Origin: Bacteriovoracaceae bacterium
GTDB taxonomy: Bacteria; Bdellovibrionota; Bacteriovoracia; Bacteriovoracales; Bacteriovoracaceae
Length of the DNA stretch: 64,000 nucleotides
Direction: 5' to 3'
NCBI GenBank assembly: GCA_048270185.1
Contig: JBLWTJ010000003.1
Location: 256,001 to 320,000 of the forward strand
In this document: piece after piece, positions 17,765 through 26,940 of the stretch
Numbering within the stretch: position 1 is the stretch's first letter
Layout of the letters: every line of letters starts with the position of its first letter
The notes under the pieces: model-generated
What the model was told of the DNA's origin: nothing
Databases searched by the model: none
The model's input: the letters and a program-made list of their open reading frames with translations, nothing else
Program-made: the position numbers and the translations under genes

Positions 17765-18799
17765 ATGGCAAAATATTTTACTGAAAAACTAAATTACTCC
17801 CTTGCAAACGAGGATATCTCTTTTGAGGCAAATCTTTGTAAAAAGTTAAACCCTAAGACAATAGGCTCAATCTGTGGTGCTGGGCCACGTGGCCTATACT
17901 TAGCGACAAATGATTCAAGTCTCGACTTATTTGATGTTTCAGGACTTCAGGTAGAATGGGCAAGAGCTTATGAAAAGGCGATTACAGGACTTGATGAAGT
18001 AAGCTTTTTAAGGGCATATCATGATGATTCTGCAATATTAAAAAGTATTGATGTGAATCATGGGCTAAATCAGATCATTGATGAAAATGAATTAGCTGCT
18101 CTTGCGGGAAGTTGGGAGAAAACATTTATCAAATTTTCCAAAATTGCGTCAAAGATACTAGGGAAGAAGCTAATCAATGCATTCAAGCATTGTAAGACGA
18201 TGGAAGATCAAGACTTAATCTTGAATTCAACATCCTTTAAGATTCGTTGGACTGTCGTTTTATCTATAGTTGGAAATAAGGCCCTAATGAATTCACTTCT
18301 TTATCGTGGTGACTTCATTAAGAAGAATATTCCAGAGAGTTATGTGCGCTTTTATCGAAAACGTTTTGCTCACTTATTCTCACTATCGCTTGTAAAGGAT
18401 AATTTCTTCTTAAGTCTTTGTCTTTTTGGTGAAGTATCTTTAACAAATACACCTCTTCGTTATCGTGATTTTGAAGAACTTAAGAATGCCGTAACAACTT
18501 CAAATATTAAGTATCATATTGGAGATGTTGTTACGAAGCTTAAAGAAGGTAGTCAACAATATGAGTACTTTTCTTACTCCGATGTACCAAGCTACTTTGA
18601 TGACGAATTAGGAAGGAACTTTGTTCAAATGGCCAAACCTTCCATAAAAATTGGCGGAATCATTTGTGTTCGTTACTATCTAAGAATTCATAAACCAGAT
18701 CTTAATGGCTTTGAAGAAGTTACTTCTGAATACGCGGATGAGATTGGAAGAGAGAGAGTTGGTGTCTATGACATCAGATTATATAAGCGAGTAGCCTAG
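17765..18799 (+). CDS. BtaA/DUF3419-family SAM-dependent 3-amino-3-carboxypropyl transferase-like protein
   Basis: LNYSLANED N-terminal motif, SAM-loop-like ICGAGPR, SDVPSY and ERVGVY. ATG 17765 preferred over TTG 17726. Confidence 0.7.
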   Translation: MAKYFTEKLNYSLANEDISFEANLCKKLNPKTIGSICGAGPRGLYLATNDSSLDLFDVSGLQVEWARAYEKAITGLDEVSFLRAYHDDSAILKSIDVNHGLNQIIDENELAALAGSWEKTFIKFSKIASKILGKKLINAFKHCKTMEDQDLILNSTSFKIRWTVVLSIVGNKALMNSLLYRGDFIKKNIPESYVRFYRKRFAHLFSLSLVKDNFFLSLCLFGEVSLTNTPLRYRDFEELKNAVTTSNIKYHIGDVVTKLKEGSQQYEYFSYSDVPSYFDDELGRNFVQMAKPSIKIGGIICVRYYLRIHKPDLNGFEEVTSEYADEIGRERVGVYDIRLYKRVA

Positions 18800-18800
18800 G

Positions 18801-21461
18801 CTACTCGACTTTTATAATTCCTTTATCACAATCCATTTCAATCATTTGACCATTCTCTAATACTTTCGTGATATTTGGAACACCAACAATTGTTGGGATC
18901 TTTAATTCTCGGGCGATGACGGCCGAGTGAGAAAGAGTAGAACCTTTTTCTACGAGAAGCCCTTTTATTGAAGGAAATAGCGGTGCCCAACCTGGATCAG
19001 TTCTTACCGTACAAAGAATTTTGTCATTAACATCAATACCTTCGTCTGGTTTAAAGAGAAGGGCAACTTCACCTTTAATATGACCAGGGTAGCAACCAAT
19101 ACCTTTAAGTGCACCATCTGGGTCAAACTCAGTATTGCCATCATATTCAAAGCTATTGGCCACGTGAACGAAACCATGAGTTGTAAAGTGGTGTCCAGGC
19201 TCATTCATTTCATATGACTGATACTCTTCTTTTCTTAACTCAATTAAAGCCTTAAGATTTCTTTGAACAATACGCCCATCTTTAAACTCTTCAAGTTCAT
19301 TTAAAGTTAAGTAATAAATATCTTCTGGAGCATTAATTATCTCAAAAGCAGCAAGTTGTTTTCCCATTTCACTATAGATCTGTCTTGAGATACCAAATGA
19401 CTTTGTTCTTAGAAGGCGAGTGTTTTCACGGTATCGAATGGCCTTTCTAAGTTTTGACAGATCTTTATAAAATTTAGAACGACTAAAAATTGAAAGCCTT
19501 TCTTTAACGATAGGAGCTATCTTGGCCTCTTCAGAATCTCGAAGTTCCATTTCATTGGCGATAAATCCTTCGTAATTTAAATCTTCTTTTTGAACGTAAT
19601 TCTTTAAGATATTTATGAGAAAGCTAGGATCTTCTCTAAGAGATAAACTCTCAAGCTTAAGCTCTCCAATGGTACGATCACCATAGTTTTCAATATATTC
19701 AAGACACATATTATAGACTCGAATATTATTGATATAGAGATAATCTAGAACTTTATGATTTTCCATATTAAGAAATGTCTTAATACTTTCAGCATCCCAC
19801 TTCTTTATTTGATCACTAATTTTTAAGAGTTCTTTTGTCGGTTGAGTACTGGCAATATCGTGTTCACCTGATAGTAGATTTCCAAGAGTGATATCAGGGT
19901 TTTCAACCTTTAGCTTATCCATCCAGCGATACATCTTCCCATTCATCATCATAACGTAGAAGTCATTGATGAGGGGAGCATGCCACTTATCTGTAATTTT
20001 CTTATCTAGTTCTTCCGTTAACTCAAAAAGCTCTGTTAGGCTTAGACGATTAAGTTTTGAATAGTCGATGGTATGATAGACTTTATAGAAATCGGTCATG
20101 AAATTTTCAACAACTTTATCGATTTTTGAGAAATACCACAGAAGACTTCCAAAACATCGAATCATATTTGGGAGCATGGCCAGTTTTTCTCTAAAGCTTA
20201 GTTGCTTGTCTTCGATAAAGTCGACTGGGTCAGTAATCCCCATCATTTTTTCCATATCTTCTTTTGATTGATTAAAAGAAGGAAGAAGCAGAAGTCCCTT
20301 ATACCAAGATTGAATATTATAAAATACACGGCCTTCAATTAGGGCAATCATATTTTTATGGCGTTTCTCATGTTTCTTTAGCTCTTCTTCACTCAGTCCT
20401 GAAAGTCCAAGTAGTTGGTGATAGACTTTGTAGTACATCTTTGAAGCGTATGAAAATGTAAGAGGTGTCGTGACGCCATTAAAAGACTCTTGAATATTTG
20501 AGTTATCAAAAACATTCTCAAATTTCGATCTCTTATCTTTAGGAAGGGAAGTGATATCTCTTGTTTGCACAATATAGATTTCTCCCTCTCTAATACAGAA
20601 CTCAATATCTTGTGGCTTCTTCTTTATTGTTAGGATATTTAAAGCAAGCTCTCTTAGTTCTCTAATTTCAGAGTCCGTTAAAACATGAGATAATTTCTGT
20701 GATTCTTCAATATTCACTTTCTTTGTCGTTTTTAAGTCGTAGTCGGCGATAATTTTGAAGTCTTTTTCTCGAATTTCGTATTTAATTTCCTCATTATCAT
20801 CGATGGTGTACTCATCTGTATTACATTCACCACTAACAACTCCTTCTCCTTGACCAAAGTTAGCTGAAAGAAGCATTTGATCGCGGCGTCCATTAATTGG
20901 GTTTGCTGTGAACATAACACCTGATTTCTCTGGATCAATCATTTCTTGAATAATGACGGCCATCTTTGGTGTTGTTTGGTGAATTCCATTCTTAAAGCGA
21001 TATGTAAGTGCGGTTAAGGAGAAGTTACTCTTAAAGCAATCTTTAATGGCCTTTGCAATCTTATCTTCCCCTTGAACATAGAGAAATGATTCAAGTTGCC
21101 CTGCAAATGAGAAGTGAGCACCATCTTCATCGGCAGCGGAGCTTCGTACAGCATAGTGCATATCTCTTTCTAGATGAGTAGCTACTTTATCGATGATATC
21201 AATTTCACAAAGGTCAATTTGATCATGAATATTTTTTATGAGCTCTTTTAGTCCATCAATGGATTCAAGATTTGTGTACTCTTCAATAAGAGCATTTAAC
21301 CTGTCATTTTTGTCCACTATCGTTTGAAAGTAGTCACTCGTGATACAAAACCAGTCCGGAGTTGAAACCTTACACTTTTCAAGTTTAGCAAGATTATAGG
21401 CCTTGCCCCCAACTTGCGACTTGTGTGCAAGTAATGATTCAAATTTGTTTAAAAGATACAT
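18801..21461 (-). CDS. PEP-utilising dikinase with rifampicin-phosphotransferase (RPH)-like architecture
   Basis: ATP-grasp N-terminus (VGGKA, AVRSSA.DED, SFAGQ, GEGVVSG, PQDIEF, QTRDIT), a large helical middle domain and a C-terminal phospho-His domain (TDPGW...GSTLSHSAVIARE). Confidence 0.9.
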   Translation of the reverse strand: MYLLNKFESLLAHKSQVGGKAYNLAKLEKCKVSTPDWFCITSDYFQTIVDKNDRLNALIEEYTNLESIDGLKELIKNIHDQIDLCEIDIIDKVATHLERDMHYAVRSSAADEDGAHFSFAGQLESFLYVQGEDKIAKAIKDCFKSNFSLTALTYRFKNGIHQTTPKMAVIIQEMIDPEKSGVMFTANPINGRRDQMLLSANFGQGEGVVSGECNTDEYTIDDNEEIKYEIREKDFKIIADYDLKTTKKVNIEESQKLSHVLTDSEIRELRELALNILTIKKKPQDIEFCIREGEIYIVQTRDITSLPKDKRSKFENVFDNSNIQESFNGVTTPLTFSYASKMYYKVYHQLLGLSGLSEEELKKHEKRHKNMIALIEGRVFYNIQSWYKGLLLLPSFNQSKEDMEKMMGITDPVDFIEDKQLSFREKLAMLPNMIRCFGSLLWYFSKIDKVVENFMTDFYKVYHTIDYSKLNRLSLTELFELTEELDKKITDKWHAPLINDFYVMMMNGKMYRWMDKLKVENPDITLGNLLSGEHDIASTQPTKELLKISDQIKKWDAESIKTFLNMENHKVLDYLYINNIRVYNMCLEYIENYGDRTIGELKLESLSLREDPSFLINILKNYVQKEDLNYEGFIANEMELRDSEEAKIAPIVKERLSIFSRSKFYKDLSKLRKAIRYRENTRLLRTKSFGISRQIYSEMGKQLAAFEIINAPEDIYYLTLNELEEFKDGRIVQRNLKALIELRKEEYQSYEMNEPGHHFTTHGFVHVANSFEYDGNTEFDPDGALKGIGCYPGHIKGEVALLFKPDEGIDVNDKILCTVRTDPGWAPLFPSIKGLLVEKGSTLSHSAVIARELKIPTIVGVPNITKVLENGQMIEMDCDKGIIKVE

Positions 21462-21504
21462 TTGCTACCTAACATTTTATATTAATTTAATTTAATATTA
21501 TCAC

Positions 21505-23070
21505 ATGAGAAAAATTGAAGATATAAGGAAAACTCTGGGTTATTTGGACAATCAAGAAACACCAATAAATGGTTGCCACTACCTCGATGCTCACTTTAGA
21601 AATCAACTTAATAAGCGCTGTCTTGTTTACGAAGATCAAGATCAAAACTTTGGTGACTTCATGGCCGAGGTCGGTGCCTGGATAAATACTTTAACCGATC
21701 AGGGAATTGGGCGAGGGGATCGAGTGATTATTCTTCTTCCATTAAGGTTAGAGCTCTATCAATTAATGTGTGCCTTGTTCTATATTGGTGCTGTTGTCGT
21801 CTCTGTTGACTCCACAATGCCAAAGGATAAGCTAAAACTTGCAATTGAAGATGCAAAGGCCAGTGCCATCTTCTCTGTTTCGGCCCTTCTAAAATGGACT
21901 CCTCTTTTGCCGTCCCTTTGGAAGTTAAAGCGCTATACATTTGAAGAGTCATGCTTCTTTGCAAAAGACCTAGCTATACTTCGTGCTGATAATACACTTG
22001 ATTTTAAACAAGTTGATATTGGTGAGAATGGCCCGGTTCTTATTTCTTTTACTTCTGGCTCAACTGGAAGGCCAAAAGCCGCCAATCGAAGTCTTGAAAT
22101 CTTTCTTGCACAAAAAATTGTTTCTGAATTTTTCTGGCTTCACAGTGAAGATGAGATTGATATGCCATTTTTTCCAACTCTTGTTTTACAAAATCTTGGT
22201 CTTGGGATTACGACAATCTTCCCTGATTTAGACTTTAGAAAGATTAGAGATTTTGACCCATCAAGAGTTATAAAGCAGATGAATGATTATGGTGTCACTC
22301 GTTTTAGTGCAACCCCTATGATCATTAAAAAACTTGCAAAGTACATTGCTGTAAAAGGGATATCAATTCCTACTCTTCGCTCTGTTATTATTGGTGGTGC
22401 AGAGATCACAACACAGGCCGCTACGACTGTTCTTGCTGCCTTGAAGCTAGCTAACCCAAATGTTGAAGTACATATTATCTACGGTTCAACAGAAGTTGAG
22501 CCTATAAGCTTTACTCCTATTGAGGATTATATTGAAAATCAAAGTATTGGTTTGAAACTGGGAAAAGTTATTGACGTCTTAGATATTAAAATAAATCCAG
22601 TTACTGATATTTTTGATTTCAATGAAGGACTAGAGTGGGGCGAGATCTGTTTAAGTGGCCCTCATGTAATTAAAGAATATATTGATAATCATCCGGCCAA
22701 TAAGACAACTAAGATTAGAGATGAAGATGGACATCTGTGGCATTTAACTGGTGATGTTGGTTATGTAAAGGATGGTCTAGTCTATCTTCTTGGACGTCTA
22801 AAAGACTGTCTTATTATCGATGGGTTAAAGTATCCGACCTTTCACTTTGAAAATGCTTTGGCCAAAATTGAGGGAGTGCAAAGAGCTGCCCTAATTCAAA
22901 AAGATAGTCGAGTAATTTGCTATATCGAGGGGGCGCAGACTTCGAGAGAAGTTGTTAAGAGTTATCTTGATAATTATTTTAGAAATTGTTTTGAAATTAT
23001 TTATCGTGAGATCCCAGTTGACTCAAGACATTTCTCTCGAGTCAACCGTAATGAATTAAGAAGTTATTAA
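21505..23070 (+). CDS. AMP-dependent ligase, OleC-like (ANL superfamily)
   Basis: SFTSGSTGRPK, YGSTEVEPIS, GEICLSGPHV, WHLTGDVG and LGR. Confidence 0.85.
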   Translation: MRKIEDIRKTLGYLDNQETPINGCHYLDAHFRNQLNKRCLVYEDQDQNFGDFMAEVGAWINTLTDQGIGRGDRVIILLPLRLELYQLMCALFYIGAVVVSVDSTMPKDKLKLAIEDAKASAIFSVSALLKWTPLLPSLWKLKRYTFEESCFFAKDLAILRADNTLDFKQVDIGENGPVLISFTSGSTGRPKAANRSLEIFLAQKIVSEFFWLHSEDEIDMPFFPTLVLQNLGLGITTIFPDLDFRKIRDFDPSRVIKQMNDYGVTRFSATPMIIKKLAKYIAVKGISIPTLRSVIIGGAEITTQAATTVLAALKLANPNVEVHIIYGSTEVEPISFTPIEDYIENQSIGLKLGKVIDVLDIKINPVTDIFDFNEGLEWGEICLSGPHVIKEYIDNHPANKTTKIRDEDGHLWHLTGDVGYVKDGLVYLLGRLKDCLIIDGLKYPTFHFENALAKIEGVQRAALIQKDSRVICYIEGAQTSREVVKSYLDNYFRNCFEIIYREIPVDSRHFSRVNRNELRSY

Positions 23071-23864
23071 TTTGTCGGCATGAGACAAAGCTTCTTAATT
23101 TTCTTTGTAAGCTTAGACGGCAGTGTTGATCTAATCATGGCCCAGAAGCTTAGTCTGTGTCCGTAACAAGATTGCCACTCTGGAGTGTACATCATACCCT
23201 CATCTTCTAAGTCTTTTTCGTCTAAATAGTCTTGAAGGTGAAGATCAAGAAGTCTCTCAGAATCAGACTTATGAAGAAGTCTTGATTGATAAAGTGAGTC
23301 TGCGATTTCAAACGGTGTAATAAAGCTTTTTTGACCGCTGTAGAGCTTATTATCAGCATTGAAGTTATAAGCTGCACGAATGAAAATATAGAATTTAATT
23401 CCAGGGTATTCCTCACTTACATCATGATAGAAAGTATGGTCATGTTCTCCATTATCACCAACAAGGATAACTTGATCTGGTTTTTCTCGTTCAATGAGCT
23501 CGCGAAGTTTTTGTGCCTTAAATACTTTTGTTGAAACTTTAATTGGCCTAATGAGTAGATTTTCTTGTTGAGGAAAATCTCCTGCATACAGAAGAGTTGA
23601 ATGAGACCACTTCATGACTTCGGCCGGAGCATTTGTTAGATAGTAAATATCCGCATCAAGTCTGCGCTCAATAATCTTATAAAGATCGGCCATCCCTAGA
23701 AAGATATTTGTCACTCGGTAAGCATTCTTTACTGCAGCGATTTTATTGCGAACATGGGCAACCTTAACCGTATCATCAATATCTGAGACGAGGATGGTCT
23801 TTGCTGCATGGGCGCTAAGGTTTAATGTCAGGAGAATTATCAGTATTATTTTTAAATTTTTCAT
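23067..23864 (-). CDS. Secreted App1/DUF2183-type phosphatidate phosphatase (HAD)
   Basis: Signal peptide, VSDIDDTVK and LVGDNGEHD. Confidence 0.8.
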   Translation of the reverse strand: MKNLKIILIILLTLNLSAHAAKTILVSDIDDTVKVAHVRNKIAAVKNAYRVTNIFLGMADLYKIIERRLDADIYYLTNAPAEVMKWSHSTLLYAGDFPQQENLLIRPIKVSTKVFKAQKLRELIEREKPDQVILVGDNGEHDHTFYHDVSEEYPGIKFYIFIRAAYNFNADNKLYSGQKSFITPFEIADSLYQSRLLHKSDSERLLDLHLQDYLDEKDLEDEGMMYTPEWQSCYGHRLSFWAMIRSTLPSKLTKKIKKLCLMPTN

Positions 23865-23922
23865 AAAGAAATGTTATGAATGATGTGATGATTGTTCACG
23901 ACTTTGCGCATTAATATGAACA

Positions 23923-24408
23923 TTATACAGAGATTTCGTTAAAATTACTTAGCCAAGTATTGTATTGCTTACAGCCTTTGACCTCATTAATCTTTAAAAG
24001 ATAGAGTCTCTTGTAAGTATTAAAAGTTAGGATATCGCCACGGGCCTTGATGGAGTTAAGTTGATCGATCTCTCTAAAATGTTCGATATTGCGATAGTCA
24101 CACGTTCCAATCGTTTCAGTCTCGATCTTCATTTTTGCCTTAACCTCTAAGTCAAGCTTCTCAAGTAGGGCCAGCTGCTCTGGGCGTAGTTGAGACTTTG
24201 CTTGCTTTAAGGCGTCGATGTATTTTATTGATTCTTTAAGGCTACTTTGGGCCAGTGTTCCTAATCCTCTTGTACTGTAACTAGTGAACTCCTCTAATTT
24301 GGCCTGACTGCGAAATAGGTATTGGTCAAGCTCATGAAGGCGTAGGGCCGCATTTGAATTTAATGCGTAAACGCCAAGTAGAATGAGGAAATAGTATTGC
24401 AATTTCAT
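23923..24408 (-). CDS. Secreted hypothetical protein
   Basis: Signal peptide, helical body, two Cys. Confidence 0.7.
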   Translation of the reverse strand: MKLQYYFLILLGVYALNSNAALRLHELDQYLFRSQAKLEEFTSYSTRGLGTLAQSSLKESIKYIDALKQAKSQLRPEQLALLEKLDLEVKAKMKIETETIGTCDYRNIEHFREIDQLNSIKARGDILTFNTYKRLYLLKINEVKGCKQYNTWLSNFNEISV

Positions 24409-24419
24409 AACAATTTAGA

Positions 24420-24435
24420 TGCAACTAAAGTGCCA
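24420..24435 (-). promoter_or_regulatory. Sigma-54 (-24/-12) promoter
   Basis: Minus strand reads TGGCAC-tttag-TTGCA, a full consensus match. Confidence 0.75.
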
Positions 24436-24552
24436 AAAAATTGGACCCTCTTCATCGTCTTTTCTAGTATTTATGGTGTATATGAAGTGGACAGTGTCTA
24501 AAAATATCGTTATTTAAGGTACTTACTTTTTAATTCATGTTATAAGGCAATT

Positions 24553-25650
24553 ATGTATTATTTTGACCACGCGGCCTCAACAAAACTCTATCCAGAAGTG
24601 ATTGAGCTGCTTGCACTAAGCTATCATTTAGACTTCCCAAATCCCGCGGCCAAGCACGCAGCAGGAAAGGCCTGTGCGAAGAAAATTGAAGAAGCTAGGT
24701 CACAAATTTTGGCCTGTCTTGAAACTAAGACCGGCAATTATGAAGTTATTTTTACTTCATCAGCAACAGAAGCAAATAATCAAATCATTCGAAGTATTGA
24801 AGAGGGAATTGTTTTTCTAAGTGGAGATCATCCTTCTGTGACGAAGGTTATTGATAATGGGCTAGGTCTTATTACAAAGGGCGAAGTTATTGAGGCCATC
24901 ACTGAGGAAACGAAACTAGCTTGTTTAAGTCTAGTTAATTCTCAATCAGGAGAAATTTCTGATGTGGAAGAAATGGCAAGAGCGATTAAAGATAAGAATC
25001 GCAACTGTTTAGTTCTTGTTGATGCCACTCAAGGTTTTGGCAAAGTTCCCCTTAGCTTAAAGAATTCTGAGATTGATTTTATTTCACTAGGGGCCCATAA
25101 AATGGGTGGACCTCGTGGAATAGGTGGACTGATTTATAAGTCATCAAAGGCCGATAGAATTAAGCGCTACCTTCGCGGTGGTGCACATGAGATGGGGCTT
25201 CGCGCTTCAACTCCTGCTACATCTTTAATTCTAGCTCTTGCAAAAGCAACATCTCTTGCTTTTAAAGATCTTGAAGATAGTTTTAATCAGGCAAATTTAT
25301 TGAAAGAAGAAATTAAAGCTGAGCTTTTAAAAGTTCACCAAGGGATTTCGTTCCCATTTGAAGATCGTAAGACTTCACCATATATTTTGTGTGTTCAATT
25401 TGCAGGTATTGCTAGTGATATCCTTATGAGACACCTTGAGATGAAAGATATTATGATTTCATCTTCAACGGCCTGTTCTTCAAAAATTAAGGGAAAGAAT
25501 CCTTTATTTGTAGGTCTTGGCATTGAAGAAAAATATCATAAGAATATTCTGCGCATCTCACTAGGTAAAACAACGACGAAAGAAGAAGTTGAAGCACTAA
25601 TTAAAGGCTTCAAAGAAGTCGTTCAAGAAATCGGATTTTTAATAAAGTAG
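24553..25650 (+). CDS. Cysteine desulfurase (IscS/NifS family)
   Basis: YFDHAAST, FTSSATEAN, VDATQ, GAHKMGGPRG and SSSTACSS. Confidence 0.93.
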   Translation: MYYFDHAASTKLYPEVIELLALSYHLDFPNPAAKHAAGKACAKKIEEARSQILACLETKTGNYEVIFTSSATEANNQIIRSIEEGIVFLSGDHPSVTKVIDNGLGLITKGEVIEAITEETKLACLSLVNSQSGEISDVEEMARAIKDKNRNCLVLVDATQGFGKVPLSLKNSEIDFISLGAHKMGGPRGIGGLIYKSSKADRIKRYLRGGAHEMGLRASTPATSLILALAKATSLAFKDLEDSFNQANLLKEEIKAELLKVHQGISFPFEDRKTSPYILCVQFAGIASDILMRHLEMKDIMISSSTACSSKIKGKNPLFVGLGIEEKYHKNILRISLGKTTTKEEVEALIKGFKEVVQEIGFLIK

Positions 25651-25660
25651 GAAGTAGATA

Positions 25661-26848
25661 ATGTATAAGAGTTTAATTTTAACTGTTGATGAACTTTGGC
25701 TTAAAGGAAAGAATCGTAAGACTTACTATAAGAAGTTACAAACAACCCTAAGTCGTCTTTTTAGTGCTTATCATCATACTTCATGGAAGTTAAAAAACAA
25801 CCAACAAAGACTTGTTGCTGAAAGTGAAGAAGCATTTAGTGATGAGTTGATTGAAAGATTAACTTGGGTGGCAGGACTAAGCTCTATTAGTCCTATGAGA
25901 AGCTGTCCTCTTGATCTTGATATTGTGAGTGAACTGGCCACAAAAGAGCTTGCTGCTTTAACAAATGCTAGAACATTTAAAGTACAAACAAAGAGGGCCT
26001 TTAAGCAATTTCCAAAAAATAGTGATGAGATTAATCGCTACATTGCTACTGCTGTCCTTAAAAATACTGAACTTAAGGTCGATGTAAAAAAACCAGATAT
26101 CATGCTTGAAGTAAAAGTTATGAATGAAGAGATCTATCTATCATGGGAGAAAATCCCTTGTATTGGTGGACTTCCTGTTGGAACAAGTGGCCATGGTGTT
26201 ACCCTGCTTTCAGGTGGTATCGATTCTCCTGTTGCAAGTTATTTAATGGCCCGTCGTGGGATGCGCCAAACTTTTGCTTTCTTTTGGGCCTATCCATATG
26301 TTGGAGAAGAGGTAAAAGAGAAAATCTTAGAATTAGGAAAGCTTCTTTCACGTTTTCAAGATGGTTTCAATCTCTATGTTCTTCCATACGGCGATATTCA
26401 AAACTATATTGCAAAACATTGTAAAGAAGACTACAGAACACTTTTCTTTAGAAAGTATATGATGGATACGGCCGCGTATCTTTCTCGAAGAGCTAAGGCC
26501 GGCGCCCTTATTATGGGGGACGCTCTTGCCCAAGTTTCAAGTCAAACACTTCAGAATATGAGCGTACTTGATCGTTCTTGTCCATCTTTGGTTCTAAGGC
26601 CATTAGTTGGAATGAATAAACTTGATATTATTGGTGAAGCAAAGAAAATTAAAACTTTTGAAACTTCGATTATTCCCCACGATGATGCTTGTTCAATGTT
26701 TGCTCCAAAGCATCCTGTCATCAAAGCGGACCCTCAATATTTTAGAGAGTTTTGTGAAGAACACGATATCAAGGATCTGATAAGAGAGTGCGTGGATAAT
26801 GCTGAAGTGTATCGCTATGATATTAAGGGCGTCTACCAACTTAAGTAA
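25661..26848 (+). CDS. thiI: tRNA 4-thiouridine synthase (THUMP + PP-loop, no rhodanese domain)
   Basis: ELWLKGKNR, GGLPVG, LLSGGIDSPVA, QVSSQTL and RPLVG. Confidence 0.95.
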   Translation: MYKSLILTVDELWLKGKNRKTYYKKLQTTLSRLFSAYHHTSWKLKNNQQRLVAESEEAFSDELIERLTWVAGLSSISPMRSCPLDLDIVSELATKELAALTNARTFKVQTKRAFKQFPKNSDEINRYIATAVLKNTELKVDVKKPDIMLEVKVMNEEIYLSWEKIPCIGGLPVGTSGHGVTLLSGGIDSPVASYLMARRGMRQTFAFFWAYPYVGEEVKEKILELGKLLSRFQDGFNLYVLPYGDIQNYIAKHCKEDYRTLFFRKYMMDTAAYLSRRAKAGALIMGDALAQVSSQTLQNMSVLDRSCPSLVLRPLVGMNKLDIIGEAKKIKTFETSIIPHDDACSMFAPKHPVIKADPQYFREFCEEHDIKDLIRECVDNAEVYRYDIKGVYQLK

Positions 26849-26940
26849 ATTCTTCCCGATATATATGTCTTTCATAAATTCTTAAGAAGCTTTAAAATAC
26901 TAGCTAGGAAATACCTAATATTATTAGAATCGGAGCTTCA

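Noticed and set aside
17765..18799. Ordinary betaine-lipid (DGTS) btaAB locus
   Set aside because: No BtaB methyltransferase in the window, and the similarity is only at family-motif level.
18801..21461. Rifampicin-resistance gene (rph) or PEP synthase (ppsA)
   Set aside because: The domain order excludes PpsA (His domain is C-terminal, no PEP-binding barrel). The architecture is RPH-like, but the biosynthetic context argues against assigning resistance without an assay.
21505..23070. oleABCD olefin biosynthesis cluster
   Set aside because: No OleA thiolase, OleB hydrolase or OleD dehydrogenase nearby.
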